Source of the DNA: Phoronis australis
Taxonomy: Eukaryota; Animalia; Phoronida
DNA: 64,000 nucleotides
NCBI GenBank assembly: GCA_002633005.1
Contig: NMRA01000271.1
Span: 389,588 to 453,587, forward strand
Direction: 5' to 3'
Positions 1 through 11,149 of this stretch are shown piece by piece. A program made the position numbers and the translations under genes. Each line of letters begins with the position of its first letter. Position 1 is the stretch's first letter. A model generated the notes under the pieces. That model searched no databases, had not been told where the DNA came from, and saw only the letters and a program-made list of their open reading frames with translations.

Positions 1-599
1 ACCAAACTTGGTTGTTTTTCCATCTCAATACCACTATGGTATTTGTTTTTAACCAAAACTGTTGCTCAATGCATTTTGAAAATTCGCCAGTATGTACAGG
101 CAGAGAAGTTTACTTCAGTTTATGGTCGGGTAATTACTCTTAATTGCCGGGTCTTGCTCGCACCGGACAATGCGGTCATTGCAACTCAGTCCGACTCTGG
201 CGCCGCGCTCTATTTGATCCTGGTAAAAGCCGCTCAGCAGGACGAGCGGTGAAGTCACGCATTATTCACGGCATGAGGATACTTAGAGGCCTGCAAAACA
301 TTAAACTGTGTGACTGGTGCACATGAACTTAAAACAGAAAACAAGGAATTTTCAAAGTAATTTTCAACAAAATAATAGAAATTACCAACAGAATTCGGGA
401 GAAAAAATTTCATTCTCACATTCCCACACATGGCTCTGCATAAATTTACTTTACAGTTAATCTATAGGGGTTTCAAAAAAGCTTTGTCATTGGACAATTC
501 TCTTACATTCATATTTTACCAATCTTGACAACCTCAATTACTTTTCTAATTTTCAATTAAGTAACTGACTACACATGTCCTTCAAACAAGCATAATACA

Positions 600-850
600 G
601 TGTTGGGCTAGGGTTAAGATGTGACTAACGTCCATATGCAAATAACAATACATTTTTTCAAAACGTTGGTGCTACTACATTTAAAAGCCATGTTTGTATT
701 TCATTCCAAAACGGAACTAAATACCCACCTTCCAAAAACATGTGATTAAAAGTTTCTGCAAGTCTACAAAGTGAGCACTTGTCATTTTGCACTACCCTCA
801 TTTTCCAAGAAATATATTTAGTATAAACTTTTCTATAAAGGAATGCAGTT
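600..850 (-). mobile_element. L1/Tx1-clade LINE ORF2 C-terminal fragment (zf-RVT region)
   Basis: Minus-strand translation FLYRKVYT...KCSLCRLAETFNHMFLE..VPFWNEIQTWL resembles the C-x2-C...ET..H.F..C...FW cysteine-rich tail of L1/Tx1 ORF2. Confidence 0.6.
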
Positions 851-941
851 ATGATACTTGCACATCCACAGGCTGCTAGCAGATATTCCACTGTCTTACA
901 ACTGAAGGTTTTTACAACATATTAAAACATATACGCACACA

Positions 942-1120
942 CCCAGAAGTTACTTTTGCATTATATCCAAGTTCTCATTTACTCCCTTTGGGACATTCAC
1001 TACTAATACCAAGCTCAGAGGACACCTTTGTGCTGACCTCAATTATTTGCCAGAGTTAAGCCAGGATTCAACCCAGGTCTCCCAGAAGGGAGTTTGGAGC
1101 TTAAACCAATGAGCGACACT
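942..1120 (-). mobile_element. tRNA-derived SINE, same family as 39438-39625
   Basis: Reverse complement has an A-box (TCGCTCATTGG) and a B-box (GGGTTGAATCC) and aligns along its length with 39438-39625 (AAGGTGTC..CTCTGAGCT.GGT, GAGA.C.TGGATATAA). Confidence 0.7.
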
Positions 1121-1609
1121 CCTCAACAGATGAATCAATTAATACTAGCATGTTACACGCCTACTAAAAAAGGAACGCCTCATACCCAGTCTATTATATC
1201 CATGTCGATTTCAGATATAAAATTCATAATTACAAAATGAACATTGCAACTAAATGGGTATATTTTACTCTAATGAAAGGTTATTCAAAAAAGTAAATAG
1301 ACAAAACTACACGTTATTCATGCACCAGACACAATTTCATCATTTTCGCGCCTTTCATGATTGTAATTTTCCACCACGTGACTACACATAAGAGTGGCTA
1401 TTGTGTCGGGACACAATTCGTCATTTTCATGCCATTTTTAGCCCACTTTGGCTGTGTGTTAGTGCTTTCGCCCGACTTACCCACATGTATGAGACCTAAT
1501 TGAATTCAGGTAAGTTCTAATCTTGTTTGAATTCATAGCTACTCTGGGGCAACAATCAAAGTGATCACGTTTTGTCAAAAAGTTTAAAGAGCCATCATAA
1601 AAGAACGAT

Positions 1610-1752
1610 ATGAGTCCGTGTCCCGTGTATTTGGGTGAATGGGTCGAGTTTTGTGAGTCTGTTACCGTATTTGTGAGTCAGTGGACGGTGTTTGCAGGTC
1701 TGTGAGTCGTGTTCATGCGTCCGTGACCGTGTTTATGAGTCCGTTAACCGTG
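1610..1752. repeat. Degenerate short tandem repeat (GTGAGTCCGTG-like units)
   Basis: Repeated tgagtc/gtgacc/cgtgtt motifs. Confidence 0.5.
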
Positions 1753-1761
1753 TAGTTTAGG

Positions 1762-2607
1762 TACCTTGAACTGGTACAACAATATAACATTGAGCTGGGC
1801 AATCGGCCAATTACCATCTTTTCAGATAGCCAGGCAGCAATAAAAGCCCTAAAGAAACTAAGGGTCAACTCTCGTTATGTTAATGCTTGTATTAATGAGC
1901 TTAACAAGCTTGCAATTGAAAGAACCGTCAATATATGCTGGGTCAGGGCCCATGTGGGAATTAATGGCAATGAGAATGCAGACAGACTCGCAAAGATAGG
2001 AGCAAGCGTTCTGCATTTTGTGCCTGAACCTGCTATCCCGGTATCTTACGGATGTTGCAGGATGAGTATACGCAACTGGGTACATACCCAGTCAGCAGCC
2101 CAGTGGGCATCATTTAACTCCTGCCGAGAAACCAAGGAGAATTTTCCCAACGTGATCGAACCAAAAGGTTCAAAAAGCCTTCTGAGTCTAGATAGATTGG
2201 GTATAAGACACGTCATTCAAATTTTGACGGGCCACTGCAACCTAGCCCGACACAGACACATTACTGGGCATATGAGGAGCCCTGTGTGTCCCGAGTGTGG
2301 TACTGACGTAGAATCTCCTAAACACCTGGTAGAGTCTTGCCCAGCTTTTTATAGGCTAAGGAGCAACCTACTGGATGGCATTGTTACATGCCTACAACAT
2401 ATAGTGCATGGCAACAAATGGAAACGTCTGTCCGTTTTCCTAAAGGAGACTGGCAGACTTGAAAACTTTCTTCACGAGGAGCCATAATTGGGGTCTCGTG
2501 CCTTTGCTCAGGTGTTTTGTGCAATGGGCCCAACCATGAGGCCTGCGCACGTCTGATGCACCGCAAATGACATCAGACCACCTGCACTGTTTTTTTTTTT
2601 TTTTTTT
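1762..2607 (+). mobile_element. 5'-truncated non-LTR retrotransposon (I-group, LOA/R1-like): RNase H, CCHC finger, 3' UTR and T-tail
   Basis: Open frame 1756-2487 encodes ITIFSDSQAAIKAL...WVRAHVGINGNENADRLAK (RNase H), LTGHCNL..H and CPECGTDVESPKHLVESCPA. The 3' UTR has a stem-loop GTGCAATGGGCC..GGCCTGCGCAC and ends in a T run. Confidence 0.85.
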
Positions 2608-3725
2608 NTGGTTTGTTTCCACCAATCAGTTTCCAGAGCCGCCGTTTGTCGGGTTGCTGGCTTCCCATTTGGTGGACCAATCCAAGGAACAAGCGCCGCC
2701 AGTATCAGATGCTATTGCGTCCCTCGTCAACTCCCTATGGGAGCGGGCTAAGTCCTTCGACATAAAGCAGGCGCACGACAAACATCCCTGGCTCGACAAC
2801 ATCGCAGTCCACAAAACTGAATTGAATGAGGAAATCGCAGACATAGTGCAAAACCACAAAACTGTGACATTCAAAGAGGGCCAGTTGAAGTCCGCACAAT
2901 CGGCCATAGCCAGGGCAGCCATTACCCTGACTAAACTCGTTGACACCCTGATCACCACAGCTCCCAAACATTTAAACGCCAAGGACTTGGTGGATAACAC
3001 TGTGGACGCGCCAGGTCTGCTGGGGTATGCTAGCGCAAAGATTAATTCTACTCGACGGGATATTATCAAACCAAATCTCAATTCCAAGTACCATTCCGCG
3101 CTCAACAGTGCCAGTACCTCCGACAAGCTCCTGTTTGGAGACCAGTTGGGGGAGAAGTGAAAGCACGCCTCTCAGGACCTTGATCTCGCCCGGTCTCCCA
3201 TGACTGCGAGACACACGACACGCCGGCCGTCGCCCTACCCTGCCTCTTACAGACTGGCCCATCAGCGCCAGACACATCACGGCTATCGCCCTTTTTAGGT
3301 AAGCATTCCTTTGTACTGTCGAATGCATCGAATTTTATGCGGGATGCAGCTTGTAGTGGACATGTTCGTCAATCTGCTACTAATACTCTTGCATTGTCTC
3401 TTGACAGGCCAACAGTACACACACAAACGGCAACCGTCACGGATGCCAGCCACAGACGCCAGACTGACTGCCAACCAGAAATAGACTCATCCTCTGTAAG
3501 TAAAATATCCTTGGTCCTCTCTGACCTTGAGAAATCCTTGGCCAGAGGGGTTAGTTACTGTGTCCCTAAGTGGCGTCAAATTACTAACAAAAGGATCCTC
3601 GCACACTGGCCATTGTCACCGGCCATGAAATTGACTTTGACCTGTTTCCTACTCAAACACAACCAGGTATCAATGCAAAATTTTCGCCACTTGAGCAACA
3701 GTTCCTGCGTAGGGAAATTCAATCC

Positions 3726-5340
3726 ATGCTGGCTAAACAAGTCATTGAACGCTGTCCTCACTCTCCTGGACAATTTGTGTCTCCCGTTTCTCTCCGACCT
3801 AAGAAAGTTGCAAATGAGTTTCGATTTATCCTTAATTTGAAGACCTTAAACTCTTATGTTACTTATCATCATTTCAAAATGGATACCTTTGAATCAGCAC
3901 TTCGTTAAGTGACGCAGAATTGTTACTTTATCAGCTTAGATTTGTCTGACGCTTATTATAGCATCCCAATAGCCAAACATCACCGGAAATACTTGCGATT
4001 CAGGCATGATAACGCGCTTGACCAATTTACGGCTTTGCCAAATGGTTTAAGTTTAGGACTGCGTATCTTCACTAAGTTGCTTAAGGTGCCCCTGGCGGAA
4101 CTTCACCGCGTTCATGATGTCACTATAACGGCCTAAATAGATGACACCTTAATTGTGAATTCTGACCCTGGCAAGTGTGAAAATGATGGGGTACTGACAG
4201 CTACATTACTACAACATCTTGGTTTCACAGTCAGTAAGACTAACAGTGTTTTGTCACCTTCTCAGGAAATAGACTTTTTAGGGTTCCATATTGACTCGAG
4301 AACAATGACTGTCACTTTACTGTCCTCCAAAGCCGAGATTATCTCACTGCTTAATAATTTTTTACGTATGACGTTGCAAAGTTAGTGGGTACATTACTGG
4401 CAACCCAACCTGGCAATCGCTATGCACAACTGTTTACAAGCAGCTGGAAATAGACAAGAATGTTGCTCTGCAGCAATCCGGCCAGCCATAACTTTGAGAG
4501 TTTCATGTCCCCTAGTCAACTTGCTTATCAAGATCTATCTTGGTGGACCACTAATGTTGTTCCCTGCTTTGCTCCAGTGTACCTCGGTGACCCTGACTGT
4601 GTGTTCTACACCGATGCTAGTTTACAGGGATGGGGTTGCAATATTCCTTCTCGGAATAAAAAGTTTGGTGGGCGTTGGGATTACGCTGAGGTTACTTGGC
4701 ATATTAATGAGCTTGAAGTCACTGCAGTTTATTATTCCTTACAATCTGTATTTGCGGACATGAGAAATATTCATTTACGGTCATGACTGACAACACAACA
4801 ACAATGCAGTGTATACGTCATCAGGGCTCTGTACACTCATATCACTGCAACAAGGTTACTCGGAATCTGGCTCTGGTTACTCGAGAGAAACATTTGGTTG
4901 TCAGCTGGCTTTTGCCCTGGTAAACAAAATGTCGCTGCAGACGCAGCATCCCGGGTTTTCAAAGATGAAACCGAGTGGACATTACTTCCATGTTTTTCGG
5001 AAAATTTGCACCAAATTTGGGACCCCTTCCATTGATTTGTTCGCATCAAGGCTTAATTATAAGGTGAAACCCTTTTGCTCTTGGCAACCAGACCCAGAAG
5101 CTGCATTGGTGGATAGCTTTATGTGTCATTGGGGGAATTACAAATTGATTTATGCTTTTCCACCCTTCGCGATTTTGAATGCAGTCATTCAAAAACAGAT
5201 CATGGACGAGGCTGATGGTATTATCATAGTGCCCATCTGGCCAACAAAGCCCTGGTTTACTATGATGACTCCTATGATTATAGGGACACCGTTTATCATT
5301 CCAGCTACTAATCATACCAATTGGTTTTGCCTTCTAGACC
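3726..5340 (+). pseudogene. DIRS RT / RNase H / methyltransferase-like ORF with multiple stops and frameshifts
   Basis: ORF fragments 3726-3908, 3909-4136, 4155-4385, 4460-4786 and 4809-5372 carry consecutive DIRS pol motifs. Confidence 0.9.
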
Positions 5341-5369
5341 TCAGGCCCGGCCAATGGACAAACTCTACC

Positions 5370-6333
5370 TGATGGCGACGCACTTGTCAGGCAGGCTCTA
5401 CAGACAAAAGGATACAGCCCATCTGTCATCACCACCATCATGGCGTCCCGACGAAAGTCCTCTTCAGACCTCTACAGTGGATTCTCTATTGTAGTCAGAG
5501 GAACATTGCTCCAGTGTTTGCACCTGTAGGAGAGGGACTTTCTTTTCTCCAAACACTTGTCAACCATAATAAGGGCTACAGTGTCCTTAACATTGCCCGC
5601 TCTGCACTTTCTTCGGTTATAATTTTACCAGGCAACGAGACCTTTGGCTCTAATCCAGATGTAGTTTGTTTTATGAAGGGTGTTGCAAATATGAACCTCC
5701 CTAGGCCTCGTTATGTTGATACCTGGGACGTGAATGTAGTGTTAGATTTTTTAAAATCATGGGGTCCGGCTAAGTTGTTACCAATAGCGAAATTAACTAT
5801 GAAGACTGTTATGCTTATCCTAATTCTCACTGGACAACGTCCGCAGATCATCTCTGCCCTTAATGTAGATTCCATGAACATTTCAGCCTCTAAATTCACC
5901 TTTACCATTGCAAGCAAGGATCTTAAACAAGGCCGTCTTAATTATATACCTGAACTGTTACACCTGAAAGCTGTTCCATCCGATAAGCGATTGCGCATTT
6001 ATCATTATTTGACTGTATACTTAAAACGTACTCTAGATTATCGGGGGTCATGTAAAGCATTATTTCTTACTGTTACTAGACCGCATAAAGCAGCCACAGG
6101 TGATACTGTACGGCGATGGATCCGAAACGTCTTATCGGAGGCTGGTATAAATGTCAATGTATATAAACCCGGTAGTGTTAGATTAGCTTCATTAACAAAG
6201 CTAGTGTGTCTGGAGCCACTGTTGAGGAGATTATGAAGGCAGGTGGTTGGTCACGGCCTTCGACATTTAGCATATATTACAAGAGACCTATCAACAAAGA
6301 ATCTAAAACCTTGGCAGAATTTGTAGTGCAATA
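5370..6333 (+). pseudogene. DIRS tyrosine recombinase ORF, frameshifted
   Basis: RSALSS, PRY..TWDV..VL, LTGQR, TV.RWIR..L..AGI, GSVR (H lost), then GGWSRPSTFSIYY in a shifted frame. Confidence 0.88.
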
Positions 6334-6667
6334 ATTGTATACGTTGATCTACCAATACAAATTACTTAAAACATTTGGTGTTGTTTGCTGTCCAGTTTCT
6401 GTGATCAACTTTCAAATCTCATGGTAATACTTGGGGGAATTCTGGGAGGAATAAAATTATACAGTTAGACGAGCTTTAAAGAATGGTCCCAAGCAGATCA
6501 TTCTTTAAAGCTCTTCTGTGATCAATAGAGTTCTTTAAAGCTCTTCTGTGATCAGTAGAGTGCTAACAGGGTGGGATGGGGAGGGCATGTAAGCACTCTG
6601 GGGGAATTCTGGAGATTCATAAAATTACAGTCATCCTTCACTTAAGGTAAGTTCGTCTAACTGTATA

Positions 6668-7128
6668 ATTTTCCCAACATGATCGAACCAAAAGGTTCAA
6701 AAAAACCTTCTGAGTCTAGATAGATTGGGTATAAGACACGTCATTCAAATTTTGATGGGCCACTGTAACCTAGCCTGACACAGACACAATACTGGGCATA
6801 TGGGGAGCCCAGTGTGTCCCGAGTGTGGTACTGACGTAGAATCTCCAAAACATCTGGTAGAGTCTTGTCCAGCTTTTTATAGGCTAAGGAGCAACCCACT
6901 GGATGGCACTGTTACATGCCTACAACATATAGTGCATGGCAACAAATGGAAACATCTGTCCGTTTTCCTAAAGGAGACTGGCAGACTTTAAAACTTTCTT
7001 CACGAAGAGCCATAATTGGGCTCTCGTGCATTTGCTCCGGTGTTTTGTGCAATGGGCCCAACCACGAGGCCTGCACACATCTGATGCACCACAAATGACA
7101 TCAGGCCACCTGCACTGTTTTTTTTTTT
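6668..7128 (+). mobile_element. Second copy of the same RNase-H LINE 3' end
   Basis: Near-identical to 2140-2600, including the CCHC finger, 3' UTR and T run; carries new stops and indels. Confidence 0.9.
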
Positions 7129-7869
7129 ATTCAAACAGACGAACCCCAACTCAAGAAACGCAGTGAGACTGTCTAGCTGTGCTGTCTCTAGGTCAATTCA
7201 GTACTCACGTGCGTGGAAGCCCTGTTGACTATTATTTATGAACATTTGTTAAATTTTAATATTACAACTTCAAAGACCATTTATTAGATTCTAACTTGAA
7301 TATTTGTTATGAAAGCTGAATGCAATTTAGAATTGTTGATCTTAAAACAAACTATTAACAAGCCTCGGGATTTTGACGAAATTTCCAAGCGGTTTTGCCC
7401 ATGTCATAAACCTCAGAATCGTGTAGGATTCTCTATATATTTTCTTGAGTAAAAAGTCTGTAGTACTCGATTTCTTACTTTTTATGAATCTGCGACTCAC
7501 TGGGTCATGTAACCACATTATTTTTAATAAAATTTAGCAAAAACGAAAGGTACATTGTAGACAAAGCAACAGCCTCCATAATATGAAAAAATTTCATTTG
7601 ATTTGAAATCTCAAGAACGATGTTATGGATTTCTAAAGTATCATTTCATTTTCGTTTCATGCAATTTTTGATTTTTTATGAAAACTATAAAAGGGCTATT
7701 TTTGACAGCTGCTCATGTAAAATTGGTCCATTCTAAAAAATCGCGAAAGAAATTTGGAGAACAGTGCATAAAACATACTATCTCATTCTGAAAGTTTCAT
7801 AATTATGGATACATTCAACTATTTCTGAGATATACTGAACATTTTACTAAGGGTCCTAAGACCTAAAAT

Positions 7870-10800
7870 GTGACCCACCACGACAAAATGAGTCTAAGTC
7901 GGAAACTTTATTTCCTGACAAGACTGCAAACAGTCGCTATCGGTTAAAATTAGGTCAAATTTTTTTTATTGCAGATTATGATTATTTATTCATTCTACTT
8001 CACAAAACAATACTTTAAAACGAGCAAACTTCATTTTAAACCTTATTCATTTCATTTTGAAAAACATCACCTTCTCCACGACTGCATATCTCGTGGAATT
8101 TTCATCGAAATTTGCCGGTTTTCGTGGCCCCATTGCCCAGTCAACCGATGACCCAATTTGCTTGTAAACACATCAACAGCATGCTATGAACATTCCCACT
8201 AAATAAAATTGGTTCTAACCCGTGGTTAAGGTAAACGGTGGGGTATGGAAAATTGAACTAGACCGTATTTATCCACCTTGGCTGAGTCGCGCTCGGCTCA
8301 TGATCAAAGGGATGCCGCCAAGCTGCTCTAGTCATCGAGTCACGAGCGAGGATAATTGGCTTCGCTCATGCGGATATGATCAGCTGATTACAATCTAGCT
8401 AGCAGACTGTACTTTTTATGGAGAGAGTTTTACGTAGTTTTTACAAATATGAGTACAACTTTGAATTTTTCAAATCGGCCCAGGATAAGAGATTTTGCAA
8501 CACAGCAACACTCACGATTACTTTCATTCGGCGCGCAATAATACAAAAATATAGGACCCAAGTTATTTAGATTTTGGAACACATGCATTGCAATATTCAA
8601 AATACGTTTATTATGAATCTTACAAGCTGTAAAACGAAGTTGTTAATTTCATTGTGTTCATTCATTGTCATCCGTCAAATCGGCAATTTCCGAGATGTGA
8701 TCTGCGGCGTGCGCGTATGTGTACAAAACACGTGATTGTTATGTTCCTGAAGTACGAAAATTAAGAAGGCTTTAACATGCCGTTATTATTGACAGGGACA
8801 CGATAAAACGAATTTGGATTTTGACTATAGTCTTGATACAGCGATCTGACTGACCACTGCGTCAGTGTCTCCGTTAGACCCAGAAATTTCACACAGCCCG
8901 GGTAGTTCATTTCGTCCCCAACATGTAGATCGAGCCTTGGACTATTAATACTCCACGGCAGAGCTAACGACAGTCGGCCTGTGCACACAAAATCTGTGAG
9001 TTAACCAGCACTCACCTTGCACGTTACAGCCGTTTAAGTGAAAAACAATCTAGTAAACGCCATTTTCTTGCATAATCCTCCGCCTTTTGTAACAAAAAAG
9101 TCTATCGTCGATGACCCGCACACGCACGCTCACTCACTCTCATACACAGACGACCTTCAAAACAAACGTCACGTGACAACAACATGTGTGTTCATCCAGA
9201 GATTTTTCTCTTGTTGTGGAGTACGATGTAGCGCACATTTGGACTTAATCGCAATTAATCTGGACTCCACATGAACTTTAAAAATTGTAAAACATCAGGA
9301 AGATTTCAGGTAATTTGTTGAGTCGAAACTATATTTTTATTCAAGAGTACAAGTTTTCCTATTGACGATGGCGATTCAGCGGCGACGCATCAGTCGGCAA
9401 GTTTTCGCCCTGTGATGAGCACAATTTTTTGAAAAATTATCGTAATTTAACAACGGAAGTTCATAGCAATGCACCACAATTTTGTAGAAAGACTGTCATA
9501 GGCTAAAAATTCGTCACAAAGCGTAAATTTTATGAATCCTAGCTTCCGATTTTACCCGTTTGGGAAACCGGGTTTCAACTGCCATAGGCTCACTACAATA
9601 AGCATCCCCTCCCCGTGAAATGAATTTTTCTAAGCGTTTGTTTGAGCCAATACAGTATACAGCTTTCCACCAAGGCTAGGTGATGCAAGACATTATTCTT
9701 TGTTGCATTATAGTAATTGGTCTTGGCTAATTATCATTTTATGGCCTGGTCATCCATTCAGTCAAAAGTAGTTCCAGAGGTGGCTTATCAGCCAATTATT
9801 CACGCATGCTGACTCACAATAGAAGCCTGATAAGAGTGAAGGTGGATAAATGCCATGTTCCTACAGTTTCTTGTTTTAGTGGATGTGTTCACGACATGAG
9901 AAAGGTCAAACTCTGCTCATTATGCATGTAGTAAGCTCTTTGAGTTTTTCGTCCAATCATCAGTCGTAATTTCACTTTTTGCATTCGGGGTATATTCAAC
10001 AGAACTGCCACTCACCAGTCTTTTAGCTAGCAACAACCTTTTAACCCAATACATCGCTGACCTCATTTGCGAGAACTAGTTAAGTGGGCGTGAAACTGTG
10101 GGGTCGCAAGGTCACGGCATGTTTACAAGACAGTAAGATGGCTGGTGGCCATGTAACTGATATCTCAGTGATTAACTCTTGCCTCTGACTGCCGTATCAA
10201 GATCAGCGAGAATTAACTGAACTCATCAAAGAGCACATTTGTGGATGGAGACAAGGAGGAATTTCGTGACAGCGACGAGTTGTCTGATGGCAGCAACTCG
10301 TCGCCTGATGAGTTTCATGATCGACCCATCGCGAATACGGTTACGTTGGATTGGAACAAACAGAACTTGAAGAAAACAGTCCGGATTAGCTTAATCGCAG
10401 AACAATCTCTTGTACCTACAAAGCCAGTGGATAGGGGTGCAAGCAGCTGAATATTACTGCAAGAGAGAACAATCTTCGATAGGCCTGAATCACTCGGTGA
10501 GAAGTCGAGGAAATCGTTGCTCTTCAGTCAATTTCAGTGGACTTGGATAAGGATGAGTGATTGTCATTTTTTTCAAAATTATTCACACTAGCGTAAAATT
10601 TTGAATTATTTTGAACAAAAGTCAGCCACGAACGTGTATTACGTAATCTACAGGACTTTATTTTATTAAACTTCTCCAAAATACACTTTAACTACTTGTT
10701 TTACTTGCGGTAACCCCTCTTGCCAGAAGTGGACTGACCCTGTATACATTAGCTGGGAAATTTATTGACCCGTTGCAGCAACCCAACATGAATATCACTC

Positions 10801-11149
10801 TTTGCTGAGATTACATAATAAGGTCTATATTTTTTCTAATTTTTGATTACTTTTGTTTGTTTATGTTGTTGTGTATACTAATAAGTCTGAAATGTAGCAT
10901 TCAACTGCAGGTTGCAATGGGAATTTTAAAGACACTATCGGTACTTTTTCTCGGCCATTTTCCTTGACTTTTGAAAGCTCTAAGTTTTCGCTTTCCCCTA
11001 CTAAAATTGGCAATAACTCCGTCATCTGTGAAGATAAGGACATGATTCATACCTCAAAATGATCAGAAAATACTGTATTTTCAGAAAAAATAACAATTAA
11101 AAAAATGACAAATCCCGACTTAAGACTCAATTTTGTGGTGGTGGGTCAC
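7870..11149. mobile_element. Non-autonomous TIR DNA transposon, Sola1-like
   Basis: ~33-bp TIRs GTGACCCACCACGACAAAATGAGTCTAAGTCGG / CCGACTTAAGACTCAATTTTGTGGTGGTGGGTCAC with an AAAT duplication (7866-7869, 11150-11153). A 4-bp AWWT TSD is the Sola1 signature. No transposase recognised. Confidence 0.7.

Larger units (their letters stand above)
2609..6672 (+). mobile_element. DIRS1-type tyrosine-recombinase retrotransposon, decayed, left end missing
   Basis: Domains in order: gag-like ORF (2610-3160); RT (FRFILNLKTLN, SLDLSDAYYSIPI, FTALPNGLS, YIDD broken by a stop near 4134); RNase H (YTDASLQGWG, HINELE); methyltransferase-like (IDLFASRLN, YAFPPF, PIWPTKPWF); tyrosine recombinase. Right terminus GGTAAGTTCGTCTAACTGTATAATTTT is complementary to internal AAAATTATACAGTTAGACGA (~6453-6472). 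Confidence 0.93.

Noticed and set aside
5514-6236. Phage integrase or bacterial contamination
   Set aside because: The recombinase follows RT, RNase H and methyltransferase-like domains in DIRS order, within a spliceosomal-intron genome
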